A DNA stretch of 64,000 nucleotides from Candidatus Amphirhobacter sp. (GCA_965222035.1 OZ244940.1:1529537-1593536), one strand, 5' to 3'. Numbered from the stretch's first letter, positions 9,091-20,741 are shown. The notes: generated by a model from the sequence alone, not told the origin. A program made the numbers and translations.

Positions 9091-9977
9091 AGCCGTCCTC
9101 CGTTCATGCGCTGCAGCAGCCGCGCTTCCCACAGGCGGATTGCTATTGACAGGCTGAAGCACAGTACTATATAGATAACCGCGACGGTGAGCCAGATCTC
9201 GAACGTCAGGTAAGTGTCGGCGATGAGGTTGCGCGCGATGTCGGTGAGCTCGGGCAGGGCGACGACCGAGACGATGGAGGAGTGCTTGATCAGGGCCACG
9301 AACAGATTCGCGAGCGCCGGCAGGATCAACGGCAGGCTTTGCGGCAGGTAGATCAGGCGGAAGGCCGCCAGCGGCCGCAGGCCCAAGCCGGCGGCGGCAT
9401 CACGCTGCCCGCGGGGGATGGCGTCGATGCCGGCGCGGAAGATCTCGGCCGCGAAGGCCCCTTCGAACAGCGCCAGCGCCAGGATCCCGGCGGTGGTGCG
9501 GTCGAGGTCAAGTAGGTTCGCGAGCATGAAATACAGCAGGTACAGCTGCACCAATAGCGGCGTGTTGCGCGCGAGCTCGATGTAGGAGCGGGAGAACACC
9601 CGCAATGCGACCAGCCGGCTTTTCTCCATCAGCGCGATGACCAGGCCGATGACGGCCGCCAGCGGCGCGCTGCACAGCGCGAGGATTACGGTCAGGCGCA
9701 GGCCGGCCGCCAGCGGCCCCCAGGTCCATTCGTCGCCGCGATAGCCGGGCAGCAGCAGCCGCGGGATGCGGTACCACTGCCAGTTGTAGCTGATGTTGGA
9801 GGCGCCGTACCAGATGCCGCCGATGACGGCGGCCAACGCCAGGAACGCGCCCAGCCGAGAGAGAAGACGTTTTTGTGGAGGAGAGTGCATGGGCGCCGCG
9901 TCGTTGTTCCTGCGGTTTAGAGGAAGCAGGAAGGGAAGGCGAGGACGGCCGCGGGAATCATTGTTTGCGAGGCGCAA
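9087..9977 (-). CDS. Polar amino-acid ABC transporter permease
   Basis: Multi-TM protein with the ABC permease loop (DAAAGLGLRPLAAFRLIYLPQS). Confidence 0.8.
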   Translation of the reverse strand: MRLANNDSRGRPRLPFLLPLNRRNNDAAPMHSPPQKRLLSRLGAFLALAAVIGGIWYGASNISYNWQWYRIPRLLLPGYRGDEWTWGPLAAGLRLTVILALCSAPLAAVIGLVIALMEKSRLVALRVFSRSYIELARNTPLLVQLYLLYFMLANLLDLDRTTAGILALALFEGAFAAEIFRAGIDAIPRGQRDAAAGLGLRPLAAFRLIYLPQSLPLILPALANLFVALIKHSSIVSVVALPELTDIARNLIADTYLTFEIWLTVAVIYIVLCFSLSIAIRLWEARLLQRMNGGRL

Positions 9978-10105
9978 TCGAGCGACGGAGAGCGCTCCGA
10001 ATTATCCCCATTAATTATATGTTGTTGCCAGTGTTGCAGGGTATCATGTTAGAATTTTTCGCCACGCAGGCCACCCAGCCTAATCCCCCGCAAGGTTACG
10101 CCTTT

Positions 10106-10945
10106 ATGATCAAGACTGCCAAGTCCCTTCTCTTATCTGCAGCCGCGCTCGTCGCGTCCAGCACCGCCATCGCCGACGGCCACTCGGACTCGGTGATCGA
10201 GAAAATCCTCCGCGAGGGCGAGATCCGCGTCGGCATGAGCACCTTCGTGCCCTGGGTCATGCGCAGCAAGGACGGCGAGTACATCGGCTTTGAGGTCGAT
10301 GTCGCCCGCGAGGTCGCCAAGGACATGGGCGTCGAGCTCGTCATCGTCCCCACCCAGTGGGATGGCATCATCCCGGCGCTGCTCGCCGGCAAGTTCGACG
10401 TCATCATCGGCGGCATGTCAATCACGCCCGAGCGCAACCTCAAGGTCAACTTCAGCACCCCCTACGCCCAGTCCGGCCTGCTGATCGTCGCCAACCGCAA
10501 AGAGATCGAGGACATCACCGGCAACGATGAGGACGAGCTGGAATTCGCGGACTTCGACGACGAGGATGTCGTCTTCGCGATGCGCCGCGGCGTGACCGCG
10601 ATCGACGCGGTCAAAGAGCAGTTTCCCGAGGCCGGTACCCGCCTGTTCGATGAGGAAGCGACCGCCATCCAGGAAGTCGTCAACGGCAACGCCACCGCCT
10701 GGGTGTCCGCCTCGCCGAGCGCGGCGGTCGCCGTCAGCGACCACGGCAGCAAGCTGTTCCTGCCCTTTATCGAGACCTTCGACAACAGCAACGAGGGCTT
10801 CGCGCTGCGCAAGGGCGATCCCGACGCGCTCAATTTCTTCAACAACTGGATCTTGACCAAGCACGAGAGCGGCTGGCTCGAAGAGCGCCACACCTATTGG
10901 TTCAAGACCCGCGACTGGGCCGGGATGGTGGCCCAAGACCAGTAA
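10106..10945 (+). CDS. Periplasmic amino-acid-binding protein (ABC substrate-binding protein, family 3)
   Basis: Signal peptide MIKTAKSLLLSAAALVASSTAIA and family-3 SBP core motifs. It is divergent from the permeases. The ORF-track start at 9875 is an upstream noise extension. Confidence 0.75.
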   Translation: MIKTAKSLLLSAAALVASSTAIADGHSDSVIEKILREGEIRVGMSTFVPWVMRSKDGEYIGFEVDVAREVAKDMGVELVIVPTQWDGIIPALLAGKFDVIIGGMSITPERNLKVNFSTPYAQSGLLIVANRKEIEDITGNDEDELEFADFDDEDVVFAMRRGVTAIDAVKEQFPEAGTRLFDEEATAIQEVVNGNATAWVSASPSAAVAVSDHGSKLFLPFIETFDNSNEGFALRKGDPDALNFFNNWILTKHESGWLEERHTYWFKTRDWAGMVAQDQ

Positions 10946-10951
10946 AGCAAA

Positions 10952-11386
10952 ATGCCGGTCCCCTACGGCGCCATGCGCTGGGCGGACCGCCTAGGTCGTC
11001 AGCATAAGAGGGCGGTTTCCCGCTGGCTGCGCGGCAGTGGCCGCAAGAGGCCGACCGGCAAGCCGCTCGATCCCGAGGAGAGCCGCAAGGTCTATCGGCA
11101 GGTTAACGGCGGGCTCCCTGGGCATTGGGAGGTGCGGTCGTTCTCAGGGGGCGACTACTGCTACAGCAAGGAAGAGGGCGGCTACGAGATTAATCTCTAC
11201 GTCAATGCCACGGGCCAGAAATACAATACCTGGGAGATCGGGGACATCGACTTCGTGCGGCTGGACACTGGCGAGGTCATCCATTCCTATGTACCCGAGG
11301 AGCGGCATGATGTCCAAGCCGCGCAGGCCGAGGCCTGGGGGCATCTGCGGGAATGCCTGGCCCTGCTCAAGGAACAGCAGCCCTAG
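10952..11386 (+). CDS. Hypothetical protein
   Basis: A 144-aa ORF with normal GC and no recognisable motif. The start is uncertain. Confidence 0.35.
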   Translation: MPVPYGAMRWADRLGRQHKRAVSRWLRGSGRKRPTGKPLDPEESRKVYRQVNGGLPGHWEVRSFSGGDYCYSKEEGGYEINLYVNATGQKYNTWEIGDIDFVRLDTGEVIHSYVPEERHDVQAAQAEAWGHLRECLALLKEQQP

Positions 11387-11428
11387 GCTGGCTGCGACAG
11401 CCTTCTTAAATCCAAGCAGCGTACTGGA

Positions 11429-12643
<1,215 letters not shown>

Positions 12644-12645
12644 GA

Positions 12646-13710
12646 TCAAGGAGCGAGCGCGAGGCGCCCGCCGCCGGGCAGGCGCCCGTCCACCTCGCCG
12701 GCGAGCTGTCCGCAGGCCGCGAGGATGTCGCCGCCGCGCTGCCGGCGGACGGTCGCGACCACGCCGCGGCTGTTGAGCTCGTCGCGGAACGCCATGACGC
12801 GGTTGCGCGACGGCGCCTGGTAAGGCGCGCCGGGAAAGGGATTGAACGGGATTAGGTTGACCTTGCCCGGTACTTGCTTGAGCAGCTTCGCCACGTCGCG
12901 CGCGAGGGACAGGGCGTCGTTGACGCGGTCGAGCAGGACGTATTCGAAGGTGATGAAGTCCCGCGGCGCAGCCTGCAGATAGCCCTGGCATGCCTTCATC
13001 AGCTCGCGCAGGGGATAGCGCCGGTTGAGCGGTACCAGTTCGCTGCGCAGCTCGTCATCGGGCGCATGCAGCGAAATCGCCAGCGCCACCGGCGCTTCCT
13101 GCGCCAGGCGCTCGATGCCGGGGACCACGCCGGCGGTACTCACGGTCACCCGCCGCCGCGACAGGCCGCAGGCGTTGTCGTCGATAAGCAGCCGCAGCAC
13201 CGGCGCCACCTGCTCGAGGTTGAGCAGCGGCTCGCCCATGCCCATGAAGACCACGTTGGTGACGGAGCCGGTCTCCCGCAGCGCGTGGTGGTACTGCCCC
13301 ATGATCTGAGCGCTGTCGAGGTTCTTGGCGAAGCCCTGCTTGCCGGTCAGGCAGAAGGTGCAGGCCAGGGCGCAGCCGGCCTGGGATGAAACGCACAGGG
13401 TCGCGCGCTTCTCCTCGGGGATCCACACCGTCTCGACGCGGGCGTCGCCGACATCAAATAGGTATTTGCGGGTCGCGTCGGTCGCGGTGCTGTCGCCGGC
13501 CAGCGCCGGGCCTGCGAGCTCGGCCTCTTCCGCGAGCGTCTGCCTGAGCTTCGCGCTCAGATCGTGCATGTTGGCGAAGTCGCGCTCGCCCTTGCGATGA
13601 ATCCAGCGCAGCAGCTGGACGGCCTTGTAGGCGGGCTGGCCGCGCTCGGCCAGCCAGGCGGTCAGCTGCTGGCGGTCGAGCCCGAGCAGGTTGCGGGGCG
13701 CGGAGTCCAT
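12646..13710 (-). CDS. rlmN: 23S rRNA m2A2503 / tRNA m2A37 methyltransferase RlmN (radical SAM)
   Basis: Radical SAM CxxxCxxC ([11 protein letters not shown]) in an RlmN-like architecture. The ndk-rlmN-ispG synteny is conserved. Confidence 0.9.
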   Translation of the reverse strand: MDSAPRNLLGLDRQQLTAWLAERGQPAYKAVQLLRWIHRKGERDFANMHDLSAKLRQTLAEEAELAGPALAGDSTATDATRKYLFDVGDARVETVWIPEEKRATLCVSSQAGCALACTFCLTGKQGFAKNLDSAQIMGQYHHALRETGSVTNVVFMGMGEPLLNLEQVAPVLRLLIDDNACGLSRRRVTVSTAGVVPGIERLAQEAPVALAISLHAPDDELRSELVPLNRRYPLRELMKACQGYLQAAPRDFITFEYVLLDRVNDALSLARDVAKLLKQVPGKVNLIPFNPFPGAPYQAPSRNRVMAFRDELNSRGVVATVRRQRGGDILAACGQLAGEVDGRLPGGGRLALAP

Positions 13711-13740
13711 GGCTTGCTGAGACGGCCCCGGGGCATGGGG

Positions 13741-14178
13741 CTAGAAGTCGAGGAAGCCCGCTTCCTTGGCCGCGTCGGGAAAGAAAATGCCGATCTCGCG
13801 CTTGGCGCTCTCGGTCGAGTCCGAGCCATGGATGACGTTCTCGGTGATGTCCTGGGCGAAGTCGGCGCGGATGGTCCCCGGCTCGGCGTCCTTGGGATTG
13901 GTCGCGCCCATCAGGCGGCGGTGCAGAGCAACGGCGTCTTCGCCGGCGACGACCGCGACGAACACTGGCGCGCTGGTGATGTAGCTGAGCAGCTCGCCGA
14001 AGAAGGGCTTGTCAGCGTGCTCGGCGTAGAACTCCTTGGCGATCGCCTCGTCGAGCGAGCGCATATCGGCGCGCACCAGCTGGAGGCCGTTCTGCTCGAA
14101 GCGGCCCACGATGTTGCCGATGACGCGCTTGGCCACGCCGTCGGGCTTGATGATGGACAGGGTTTTCTCTACTGACAT
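13741..14178 (-). CDS. ndk: Nucleoside diphosphate kinase
   Basis: [35 protein letters not shown] ... NVIHGSDS. Confidence 0.95.
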   Translation of the reverse strand: MSVEKTLSIIKPDGVAKRVIGNIVGRFEQNGLQLVRADMRSLDEAIAKEFYAEHADKPFFGELLSYITSAPVFVAVVAGEDAVALHRRLMGATNPKDAEPGTIRADFAQDITENVIHGSDSTESAKREIGIFFPDAAKEAGFLDF

Positions 14179-14248
14179 GGCTGTTGATCCTTAGAGTTAG
14201 AAAAGCCTTGGCTGGGCCCAATCAAGTCACCCGGCTGCGTCGGCAAAA

Positions 14249-14325
14249 TGGTTGCGGGGACAGGATTTGAACCTGCGACCTCCAGGTTATGAGCCTGGTG
14301 AGCTACCGGGCTGCTCCACCCCGCA
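14249..14325 (-). tRNA. tRNA-Met (anticodon CAU), initiator-like
   Basis: Hand-folded cloverleaf of 77 nt with encoded CCA. It has a 7-bp acceptor stem, D-stem GAGC/GCUC with A11:U24 (an initiator hallmark), anticodon loop CUCAUAA and T-loop UUCAAAU. Position 1:72 is U:A rather than the C x A mismatch. Confidence 0.85.
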
Positions 14326-14376
14326 GGATTATTATAAGCCAAAAAGGCGAATAACCCAAGCCGGGGGCGGGGCATC

Positions 14377-15195
14377 TCAGTCGAAATCAGGGGCCCAGGG
14401 GACCAGGTTCTTGTCGACGATGCGGTGATTCGCGGCCGTCAGGGCGGTAATCGCCTCCATCTCGGCGGCGCTCAGCTCGAAGTCGTCGATGGCGTAATTG
14501 GCCTCAATGTGCGCGGGCGTACCGGCCTTGGCGATGGCGAAGACCCCCTGCTGCATGATCCAGCGCAGGGCGGTTTGCGCCGCGCTCTTGCCGTGCCGTG
14601 CCCCGATCTCGGCGAGCACCGGCTGCTCGAGCACGGCGCCGCGCGCCACCGCGCAGTAGGCCGCCAGCGGGATGCCGAGCTCGCGGGCGCCGGCGAGCAG
14701 CCGGGTCTGGTCGAGCAGCGGATGGAACTCCACCTGGTTGACGTCGATGGGCGCGGCGGCCGAGGCGGCGGCGGTCTGCAGCATGGCGACGGTGTAGTTG
14801 GAGACGCCGACGTGCGCGGCGAGGCCCCGCGCCCGGGCCTCGGCGAGGAGCTCCAGCGACGGCCCGACCTCGCCGTCGCCCGGCGGCCAGTGCAGCAGAA
14901 GCAGGTCGACCTTGGCGGTGCGCAGCAAGCGCAGGCTCTCTTCGACCGAGGGCATGAAGTCGCGCTCGTTCATGCGGTCGGGCTTGACCTTAGTGGTGAC
15001 GCAGAACTCGGCGCGCGGGATCCCGCAGGACTCGAGCACCTTGCCGAGCTCGGCCTCGTTGCCGTACATCTGCGCGATGTCGAAGGAGCGGTAGCCGACC
15101 TCGATGGCCGCCGCGAACGCCCGCTCGGCGTCGGCGCCGTTGAGGCCGAAGGTCCCGAAGACCCGGCTGAACTCAGGGCGTGCGAGGATGCTCAT
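14377..15195 (-). CDS. Aldo/keto reductase (DkgA-like 2,5-diketo-D-gluconate reductase family)
   Basis: AKR motifs: IEVGYRSFDIAQMYGNE, catalytic Tyr/Lys context, and LLLHWPP. Its start overlaps the stop of the upstream HNH paralog (ATGA). Confidence 0.85.
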   Translation of the reverse strand: MSILARPEFSRVFGTFGLNGADAERAFAAAIEVGYRSFDIAQMYGNEAELGKVLESCGIPRAEFCVTTKVKPDRMNERDFMPSVEESLRLLRTAKVDLLLLHWPPGDGEVGPSLELLAEARARGLAAHVGVSNYTVAMLQTAAASAAAPIDVNQVEFHPLLDQTRLLAGARELGIPLAAYCAVARGAVLEQPVLAEIGARHGKSAAQTALRWIMQQGVFAIAKAGTPAHIEANYAIDDFELSAAEMEAITALTAANHRIVDKNLVPWAPDFD

Positions 15196-16352
15196 GGCTC
15201 GCGCCAGTAGTCGAAGCCCTGCTGCTTGGCGAGGGCCAGCTGCGCCTTGATGGTGTTCTCATATGCATTGGCCAAGCTGTCTTGCTTCTTCAAGTCATTC
15301 AGGTCGGCGTTGAGGCCGACGATGTAATCGTCGACCAGCTTATTCCAGCCGCTCTTTTGCTCCGGATTTTCCCGGAAAAACCGCAGCAGCTTGAAGTGCT
15401 GTTCTGCCAGTTCGCCGATCTGGCTGGCTGCCGGCAGCATGTTGCTCTTGGAGCTGTTGCATTTGGGACTGGCGGGAATCAGGTTCCACATCTGATCGTG
15501 CCCGACCCAGCTCCAAGGCAGGAAATGGTCAAGGTCGTATTGCTTGCTGTTGATCTGATCCGGGCAGTACAAACAGCGCAGCTTGCTTGCCCGCAGGTAG
15601 ATTTTCCAAAACTCCCGCTGCTGTGTCAGGCTGGTGCGCGCATCGACGGGCGGCACCCACAGTTTGTTCTGCAAGAAGGGCACGTTGGGATTGCGCCCGG
15701 CGAGAAAACGCAGCCACAGGTTGTCGAGCCAGCCGTTGATGATCTGTCCGTTGCTGATGAAGTATTCGCGCCAGCGCGGGTTGACGATGATCCTGCCGTC
15801 CTGCCGGGGCGGCTTGTCAATCATGTACAGGGGCGGATTGTCCTGGTCATGAAAGCACTTGGCGCTGAGCTTGGCAATGAGCTTGTAGCGCCTGCCTTCA
15901 TCCAACCCGGTCGGGATGAGGTCCTCGAACCATGGCTGTAGCATGACGGGGATGGGATGGCGCGTCAGCTTCCTGACCTTAGGCAATTTGGCAAGCTTCT
16001 CTTTGGCGGCCTCGAAGCCGCTGCGCGCCTTATCGATGCTGTCGAAGGCGGCGCTGTCGATGATGCCTTGCTTGTCTGCGAGGTTCAGGCTGTCCTCGAT
16101 CATGTCCTGGAGGCCGAAGTGCAGCCGGAAGTGCCGGACCGGAAAACATGAGAGGATGAGCATCTCCCGCCGGATTGTGTCGAAGTCGATTGCCAACTCT
16201 TCCTTGCCGGCGTGGAGCGCTACCTGCTGCAGGATGATCTTGAACAGCAGGAACTTGTAGGAAGAGGTCGCATGCTCGAGGGCATCGATGAGGCAGTCGA
16301 CCTTGACCTGCGCGCTCGGCGGCGGCGCGGTCTGCATGGGCGGGGCGCTCAT
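15192..16352 (-). CDS. HNH (DUF1524-like His-Me finger) nuclease-domain protein, paralog 1 of 3
   Basis: C-terminal [45 protein letters not shown] matches the DH..P.S / WNL / N..K.N HNH pattern. The N-terminal domain, with conserved SYKFLLFKIIL, is unknown. Confidence 0.6.
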   Translation of the reverse strand: MSAPPMQTAPPPSAQVKVDCLIDALEHATSSYKFLLFKIILQQVALHAGKEELAIDFDTIRREMLILSCFPVRHFRLHFGLQDMIEDSLNLADKQGIIDSAAFDSIDKARSGFEAAKEKLAKLPKVRKLTRHPIPVMLQPWFEDLIPTGLDEGRRYKLIAKLSAKCFHDQDNPPLYMIDKPPRQDGRIIVNPRWREYFISNGQIINGWLDNLWLRFLAGRNPNVPFLQNKLWVPPVDARTSLTQQREFWKIYLRASKLRCLYCPDQINSKQYDLDHFLPWSWVGHDQMWNLIPASPKCNSSKSNMLPAASQIGELAEQHFKLLRFFRENPEQKSGWNKLVDDYIVGLNADLNDLKKQDSLANAYENTIKAQLALAKQQGFDYWREP

Positions 16353-17503
16353 CGGCGCTGCTTCCAGTCCTCGAAGCCCTGCCGCCTGGCGAGGGCCAGC
16401 TGTGCCTTGATGGTGCTGTCGTACGCGTTGGCGAGATTGTCTTTCTTGAGCAGGTCGTTGAAATCAGTACTCAGACCCACCACGTAATCATCGACCCATC
16501 GTTGCCAGACGTTTTCCGACAGCTGCTCGTTGGTGAAAGTCAAGAACTTCAGGTGCATGTCTACCAGCGCGTTGATGCGCTCGGCGCTCGGCAGCAGGTT
16601 GTTCTTGCTGCTGTTGATGTTGGGGTTGGCGGGCACCAGGTTCCATAGTTGATCATGCCCGATCCAGGTCCAGGGCAGGAAATGATCGAGATGGTAGTGC
16701 CGATTGTCCAGAACCTGATTCGAATACAGGCAGCATAGCTTGTTGTCTTCCATGTAATAGCGCCAGTATTTGCGCTGCCGCGCCAGCGAGCGGCGGTCGG
16801 GCAGTTCCCACAGCTTGTTCGACAGCGAAGGGACATTGGGATTGCAGTTGGCCAGGTAACGCAGCCACTGGCTGTCCAGCCAGCCGTTGATGATCTGCTG
16901 GTTGTCCTCGAAGTAGGTACGCCAGCGATGGTGCACGACGATGCGTTGCTGTTCCGCGTCAATCCGGTACAAGGGCGGGTTCTTGGTGTCGGCGAAGCAC
17001 TCGTTGCTGAGCTCGGTGATGAGTCTGTAGGCTTTGTTGTGCACCATGCCTTTGGTGTGTTCCCTGTACCACGGATTGATCATGACATAGAGAGGATGAT
17101 GGGTCAGGTTTTTGACCTGGACCAGCTCGGCGACGCGGTCAGCGACCTTGGCGAAGCTGCGCCGCACCTGGTCGGTGTTGGTGAAAGCCTCGCTGGCGAT
17201 GAGTCCTAGTTTGCGCTTGTCGGTCAGGTCCTGCAGCACCGAGCCGATCATGTCCGAGGTGCCGAAGTGCAGCCGGAAATGCCTGATCGGGAACCAGGAG
17301 AGGATGAGCATCTCGCGCCGGATGGCGTCGAAGCTGATGGCGATCTCCTCGGCGCCGGCCTGTTTCTCCACCCGCTGCAGGATGATCTTGAGCAGCAGGA
17401 ATTTGTAGGAGGCGTTGGCGCGTTCGAGAGACTGGGCCAGGCAGTTGACATCGACCTGCCCGCTCAGAGGCAGGCCGGCGGCTGACGGCGGCGGATTCTT
17501 CAT
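16349..17503 (-). CDS. HNH nuclease-domain protein, paralog 2 of 3
   Basis: Same architecture (SYKFLLLKIIL ... HLDHFLPWTWIGHDQLWNLVPANPNINSSKNN). It has a 4-nt overlap with its neighbours. Confidence 0.6.
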   Translation of the reverse strand: MKNPPPSAAGLPLSGQVDVNCLAQSLERANASYKFLLLKIILQRVEKQAGAEEIAISFDAIRREMLILSWFPIRHFRLHFGTSDMIGSVLQDLTDKRKLGLIASEAFTNTDQVRRSFAKVADRVAELVQVKNLTHHPLYVMINPWYREHTKGMVHNKAYRLITELSNECFADTKNPPLYRIDAEQQRIVVHHRWRTYFEDNQQIINGWLDSQWLRYLANCNPNVPSLSNKLWELPDRRSLARQRKYWRYYMEDNKLCCLYSNQVLDNRHYHLDHFLPWTWIGHDQLWNLVPANPNINSSKNNLLPSAERINALVDMHLKFLTFTNEQLSENVWQRWVDDYVVGLSTDFNDLLKKDNLANAYDSTIKAQLALARRQGFEDWKQRR

Positions 17504-18624
17504 GCTTTGCGTTTCCAGTCGCTGAAACCCTGGCGCTGCGCTAGTTTCAACATCGGCTCAACGGTACCGGCGTAAGCAGCGCGCATGAGGCGTAGGTTTT
17601 GCAGCTCAGCGTCGGTGGCGCGCAGACCAAGGCGATAGTCGTCGAGGATCTTTTTCAATTCGCGTGGCTTGGTCTCTCGGACAATCGCCAGCGCCTGATA
17701 ATGGGCGTCGGCGAGTTTGCCAATCAGTTTCGCAGGCGGCAGACGATCGTTCTTGTCGCTGTTGAGACCCTTTGCGGTGGGAATAAGATTCCATGCTTGG
17801 TTGTGTCCCACCCAGGACCAAGGCAGGAAATGATCCAGCGCGTAGGGCGCGGCAATAGGGTCGCCGGAGTAGATGCAGGCCATCGGTCTGTGTTTGAGGT
17901 AGATGTCCCAGTACCGATGCTGAAGGTTGAGGTCTTTGCGTTGCCGTGGCCGGTCCCATAGCTTGGCTGACAAGGATGGGACGTTAGGGTTCCTGCTCTC
18001 GAGAAAACGCAGCCATTGGCTGTCGAGCCAGCCTTCGACGATGGTCATGTGCTTGTTGAGGTAAGCCAGCCAAGACGGATGGATGACGATGCGGTCCGCT
18101 GGCAGTTCCAGCTTGTACAACGGCCGGCGCTCGTTGAAATGCTCCGTACTGAGCTCGGCTACCTGCTGGCGAGGTTCTTTCATGTGCCCTAATTCCGGAA
18201 ACCATCTTCTGATCATGACGAAGAGGGGGAATTTCGCCAACTGATGAATCCGCGGCATGCGATCGAGCCGGTCAGCATGCCGGTCCAGAATGCTGCGCAT
18301 CTTGTCGGCGGTGACGCGCGTGGCGTCGTCCAGGAGCCCGACTTGCTCCAGATTGCGAAACATCTCAGCTGTCTTGTCCTCTTGGCCGAGCGCCAGCTTG
18401 AAATGCCGGCTCGGAAACCAAGCTTGCGCGAGCATCGCGCGGCTCAGCGCCTTGCTGTCAATTGCTAGCTCGCGAGCTCCGGGATGTTTCTTGATTTCCT
18501 GCAGAATGGTGCGCAGCAGCAGGAATTTGTAAGATGAGGTGAAGGACTTGAAAGCCTCAATCAGCGGCTCGACATCAATATCGGTGTCGGGCGGCAGATT
18601 GGCCGGCGGCAAGCCTTGCTTCAT
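17500..18624 (-). CDS. HNH nuclease-domain protein, paralog 3 of 3
   Basis: Same architecture ([11 protein letters not shown] ... [32 protein letters not shown]). Confidence 0.6.
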   Translation of the reverse strand: MKQGLPPANLPPDTDIDVEPLIEAFKSFTSSYKFLLLRTILQEIKKHPGARELAIDSKALSRAMLAQAWFPSRHFKLALGQEDKTAEMFRNLEQVGLLDDATRVTADKMRSILDRHADRLDRMPRIHQLAKFPLFVMIRRWFPELGHMKEPRQQVAELSTEHFNERRPLYKLELPADRIVIHPSWLAYLNKHMTIVEGWLDSQWLRFLESRNPNVPSLSAKLWDRPRQRKDLNLQHRYWDIYLKHRPMACIYSGDPIAAPYALDHFLPWSWVGHNQAWNLIPTAKGLNSDKNDRLPPAKLIGKLADAHYQALAIVRETKPRELKKILDDYRLGLRATDAELQNLRLMRAAYAGTVEPMLKLAQRQGFSDWKRKA

Positions 18625-18704
18625 GCCGGCTGGGCCGGCGCCCGGGCGGTTTGCGGGCTGGAAAACATATAATTACCTTCGCTGATTCTACTAGGCATCC
18701 AGCC

Positions 18705-19730
18705 ATGCGTATCGACAACGAAGTCAAGCTTGATTACGACGACGTCCTGATCAGGCCCAAGAGGTCCACCCTCGACAGCCGCGCCACCGTCGACCTCGAG
18801 CGCGATTTCGGTTTCTTCAAGGGCGTGCCGATCATCGCCTCGAACATGGACACCACCGGGACCATCCCCATGGCCGAGGCGCTCGCGGCGCACCGCATGC
18901 TCACCTGCCTGCACAAGCACCACGAGGTCAAGGACCTGATTGAGTTCTTCGCGGAGGAGCGCGCCCACGCCGCCTACAGTACCGGCATCAGCAGCAAGGA
19001 CTGGGACCGCTGGCAGGAGGTCTCCAGCCAGGTCAAGGCCGGCAACATCCGCATCGTGTGCATCGACGTCGCCAACGGCTACTCGGAGCAGTTCATCCAC
19101 TTCGTCGAGCGCTTCCGCAAGGAGCACAAGGACCTGACCATCATCGCCGGCAACGTGGTGACCGGCGACATCACCGAGCAGCTGATCCTCGCCGGCGCCG
19201 ACATCGTCAAGGTCGGCATTGGCCCCGGCAGCGTGTGTACCACCCGGCTCAAGACCGGCGTTGGCTACCCGCAGCTGAGCGCCGTGATCGAATGCGGCGA
19301 CGCCGCCCACGGCCTCGGCGGGCGCATCATCGCCGACGGCGGCTGCGCGCGGACCGGCGACGTGGTCAAGGCCTTCGGCGCCAACGCCGACTTCGTCATG
19401 CTCGGCGGCATGCTCGCCGGCCACGCCGAGAGCGGCGGCGACCTGACCGAGGAGGACGGCAAGCAGTACAAGGAGTTCTACGGCATGTCGTCGGAGCATG
19501 CCAACGAGATCTACAGCGGCGGCCTCAAGGACTACAAGGCGGCCGAGGGCCGCAAGGTGCGCATTCCCTACCGGGGCAAGGTCGAGGTTACCGTCCAGGA
19601 CATCCTCGGCGGGCTGCGCTCCGCATGCACTTATGTCGGCGCCCGCGAGCTGCGTGAGTTGCCCAAATGCACGACCTTCGTGCGCGTCAACAGCACGCAC
19701 AACCGCGTGTTCGAAGATCTCGAAATCTGA
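18705..19730 (+). CDS. guaC: GMP reductase
   Basis: [23 protein letters not shown], an IMPDH/GMPR barrel ([11 protein letters not shown]) and about 341 aa. The ORF-track start at 18651 is an upstream extension. Confidence 0.9.
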   Translation: MRIDNEVKLDYDDVLIRPKRSTLDSRATVDLERDFGFFKGVPIIASNMDTTGTIPMAEALAAHRMLTCLHKHHEVKDLIEFFAEERAHAAYSTGISSKDWDRWQEVSSQVKAGNIRIVCIDVANGYSEQFIHFVERFRKEHKDLTIIAGNVVTGDITEQLILAGADIVKVGIGPGSVCTTRLKTGVGYPQLSAVIECGDAAHGLGGRIIADGGCARTGDVVKAFGANADFVMLGGMLAGHAESGGDLTEEDGKQYKEFYGMSSEHANEIYSGGLKDYKAAEGRKVRIPYRGKVEVTVQDILGGLRSACTYVGARELRELPKCTTFVRVNSTHNRVFEDLEI

Positions 19731-20283
19731 GGCCCTGACGGACGCCACCGGCCGCGACGGCCGCCTGCTGGCGGTCTGCGTCGGCATGCCCGCGGAGCTG
19801 CCCGGCTTCGGCGAGTGCTCGGGCATCGTCAAGAGCCCGACGGAAGAACGCGTCGTCCTGGGCCCGCGCGGCCTGGCCGGCGACGGCGTCGCCGACTCGG
19901 AAAACCACGGCCGGCCCGAGCAGGCGGTCTACGCGCTCGGCGACCGCGACCGCGACTACTGGCAGGAGCAGCTGCAGCGCGATTTGCCGCCAGGGACCTT
20001 CGGCGAGAACCTCGTCATCTCCAACATGGACACCCATGACGTGCAGATCGGCGAGCGCCTGGTGCTGCCGGACGCGGTGCTCGAGGCGGTGTGGCCGCGC
20101 ATCCCGTGCTCGAAGCTCACCCACGTCATCGGCGACCCGCGCTTCGGCAAGCGCTTCCTGCGCTCGGGCCATGTCGGCGTGTATTTCCGCGTCATCACCG
20201 CCGGCTCACTCGCCGTCGGCGACGCGACCCGCTGGGACAGAGCCCATGCGGACGGCCGCGCGATCCTCGAGCTCGCGACCTGA
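19717..20283 (+). CDS. MOSC-domain protein (YiiM-like)
   Basis: [15 protein letters not shown] ... [11 protein letters not shown] ... [18 protein letters not shown] is a MOSC beta-barrel pattern. The start codon is uncertain: there is no clean ATG between the guaC stop and the domain. Confidence 0.55.
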   Translation: MSKSEALTDATGRDGRLLAVCVGMPAELPGFGECSGIVKSPTEERVVLGPRGLAGDGVADSENHGRPEQAVYALGDRDRDYWQEQLQRDLPPGTFGENLVISNMDTHDVQIGERLVLPDAVLEAVWPRIPCSKLTHVIGDPRFGKRFLRSGHVGVYFRVITAGSLAVGDATRWDRAHADGRAILELAT

Positions 20284-20284
20284 C

Positions 20285-20740
20285 CTAAGCGCCGCGCAGC
20301 TCGCGGCTGTCGAGCTGCATGGTAACCGGCCCCTGGTTGTGCAGATGCACGTCCATGTCGGCTCCGAACACCCCCTGCTTGACCGTCAGGCCCTCTTGCT
20401 CCAGGTTGGCCGCGAAGCGCGAGAGCAGCTGCTGCGCCTGCTCTGGCGGGGCCGCGCGCGCGAAAGACGGACGGTTGCCGCGGCGTGCGTCGGCCGCCAG
20501 GGTGAACTGGCTCACCAGCAGGATCGCGCCGCCGGCCTCGCCCACCGCGCGGTTCATCTTGCCGGCGTCGTCAGCGAAGATGCGAAGCCGCGCCACCTTG
20601 GCCGCCAGCAGGTCCGCGTCTTTCTCATCGTCGCCCTCCACGACACACAGCAGTACTAGAAGGCCCGCCTCGATGCCGGCGACTTCCTTGCCGGCCACCG
20701 CCACCCGGGCGCTCGCCACCCGCTGCAGCAGGGCCAGCAC
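20285..20740 (-). CDS. dtd: D-aminoacyl-tRNA deacylase
   Basis: LVSQFTLAADARRGNRPSF ... NQGPVTMQLD, 151 aa. Confidence 0.9.
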   Translation of the reverse strand: MLALLQRVASARVAVAGKEVAGIEAGLLVLLCVVEGDDEKDADLLAAKVARLRIFADDAGKMNRAVGEAGGAILLVSQFTLAADARRGNRPSFARAAPPEQAQQLLSRFAANLEQEGLTVKQGVFGADMDVHLHNQGPVTMQLDSRELRGA

Positions 20741-20741
20741 C

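Noticed and set aside
14249-18624. Islet beside tRNA-Met considered as a prophage or integrative element
   Set aside because: No integrase, excisionase or phage structural gene is present. Only the compositional shift and the tRNA adjacency support horizontal origin, so it is reported as an islet rather than a mobile element.
18621-19832. 403-aa ORF antisense to guaC
   Set aside because: Antisense artefact; the guaC call is unambiguous.
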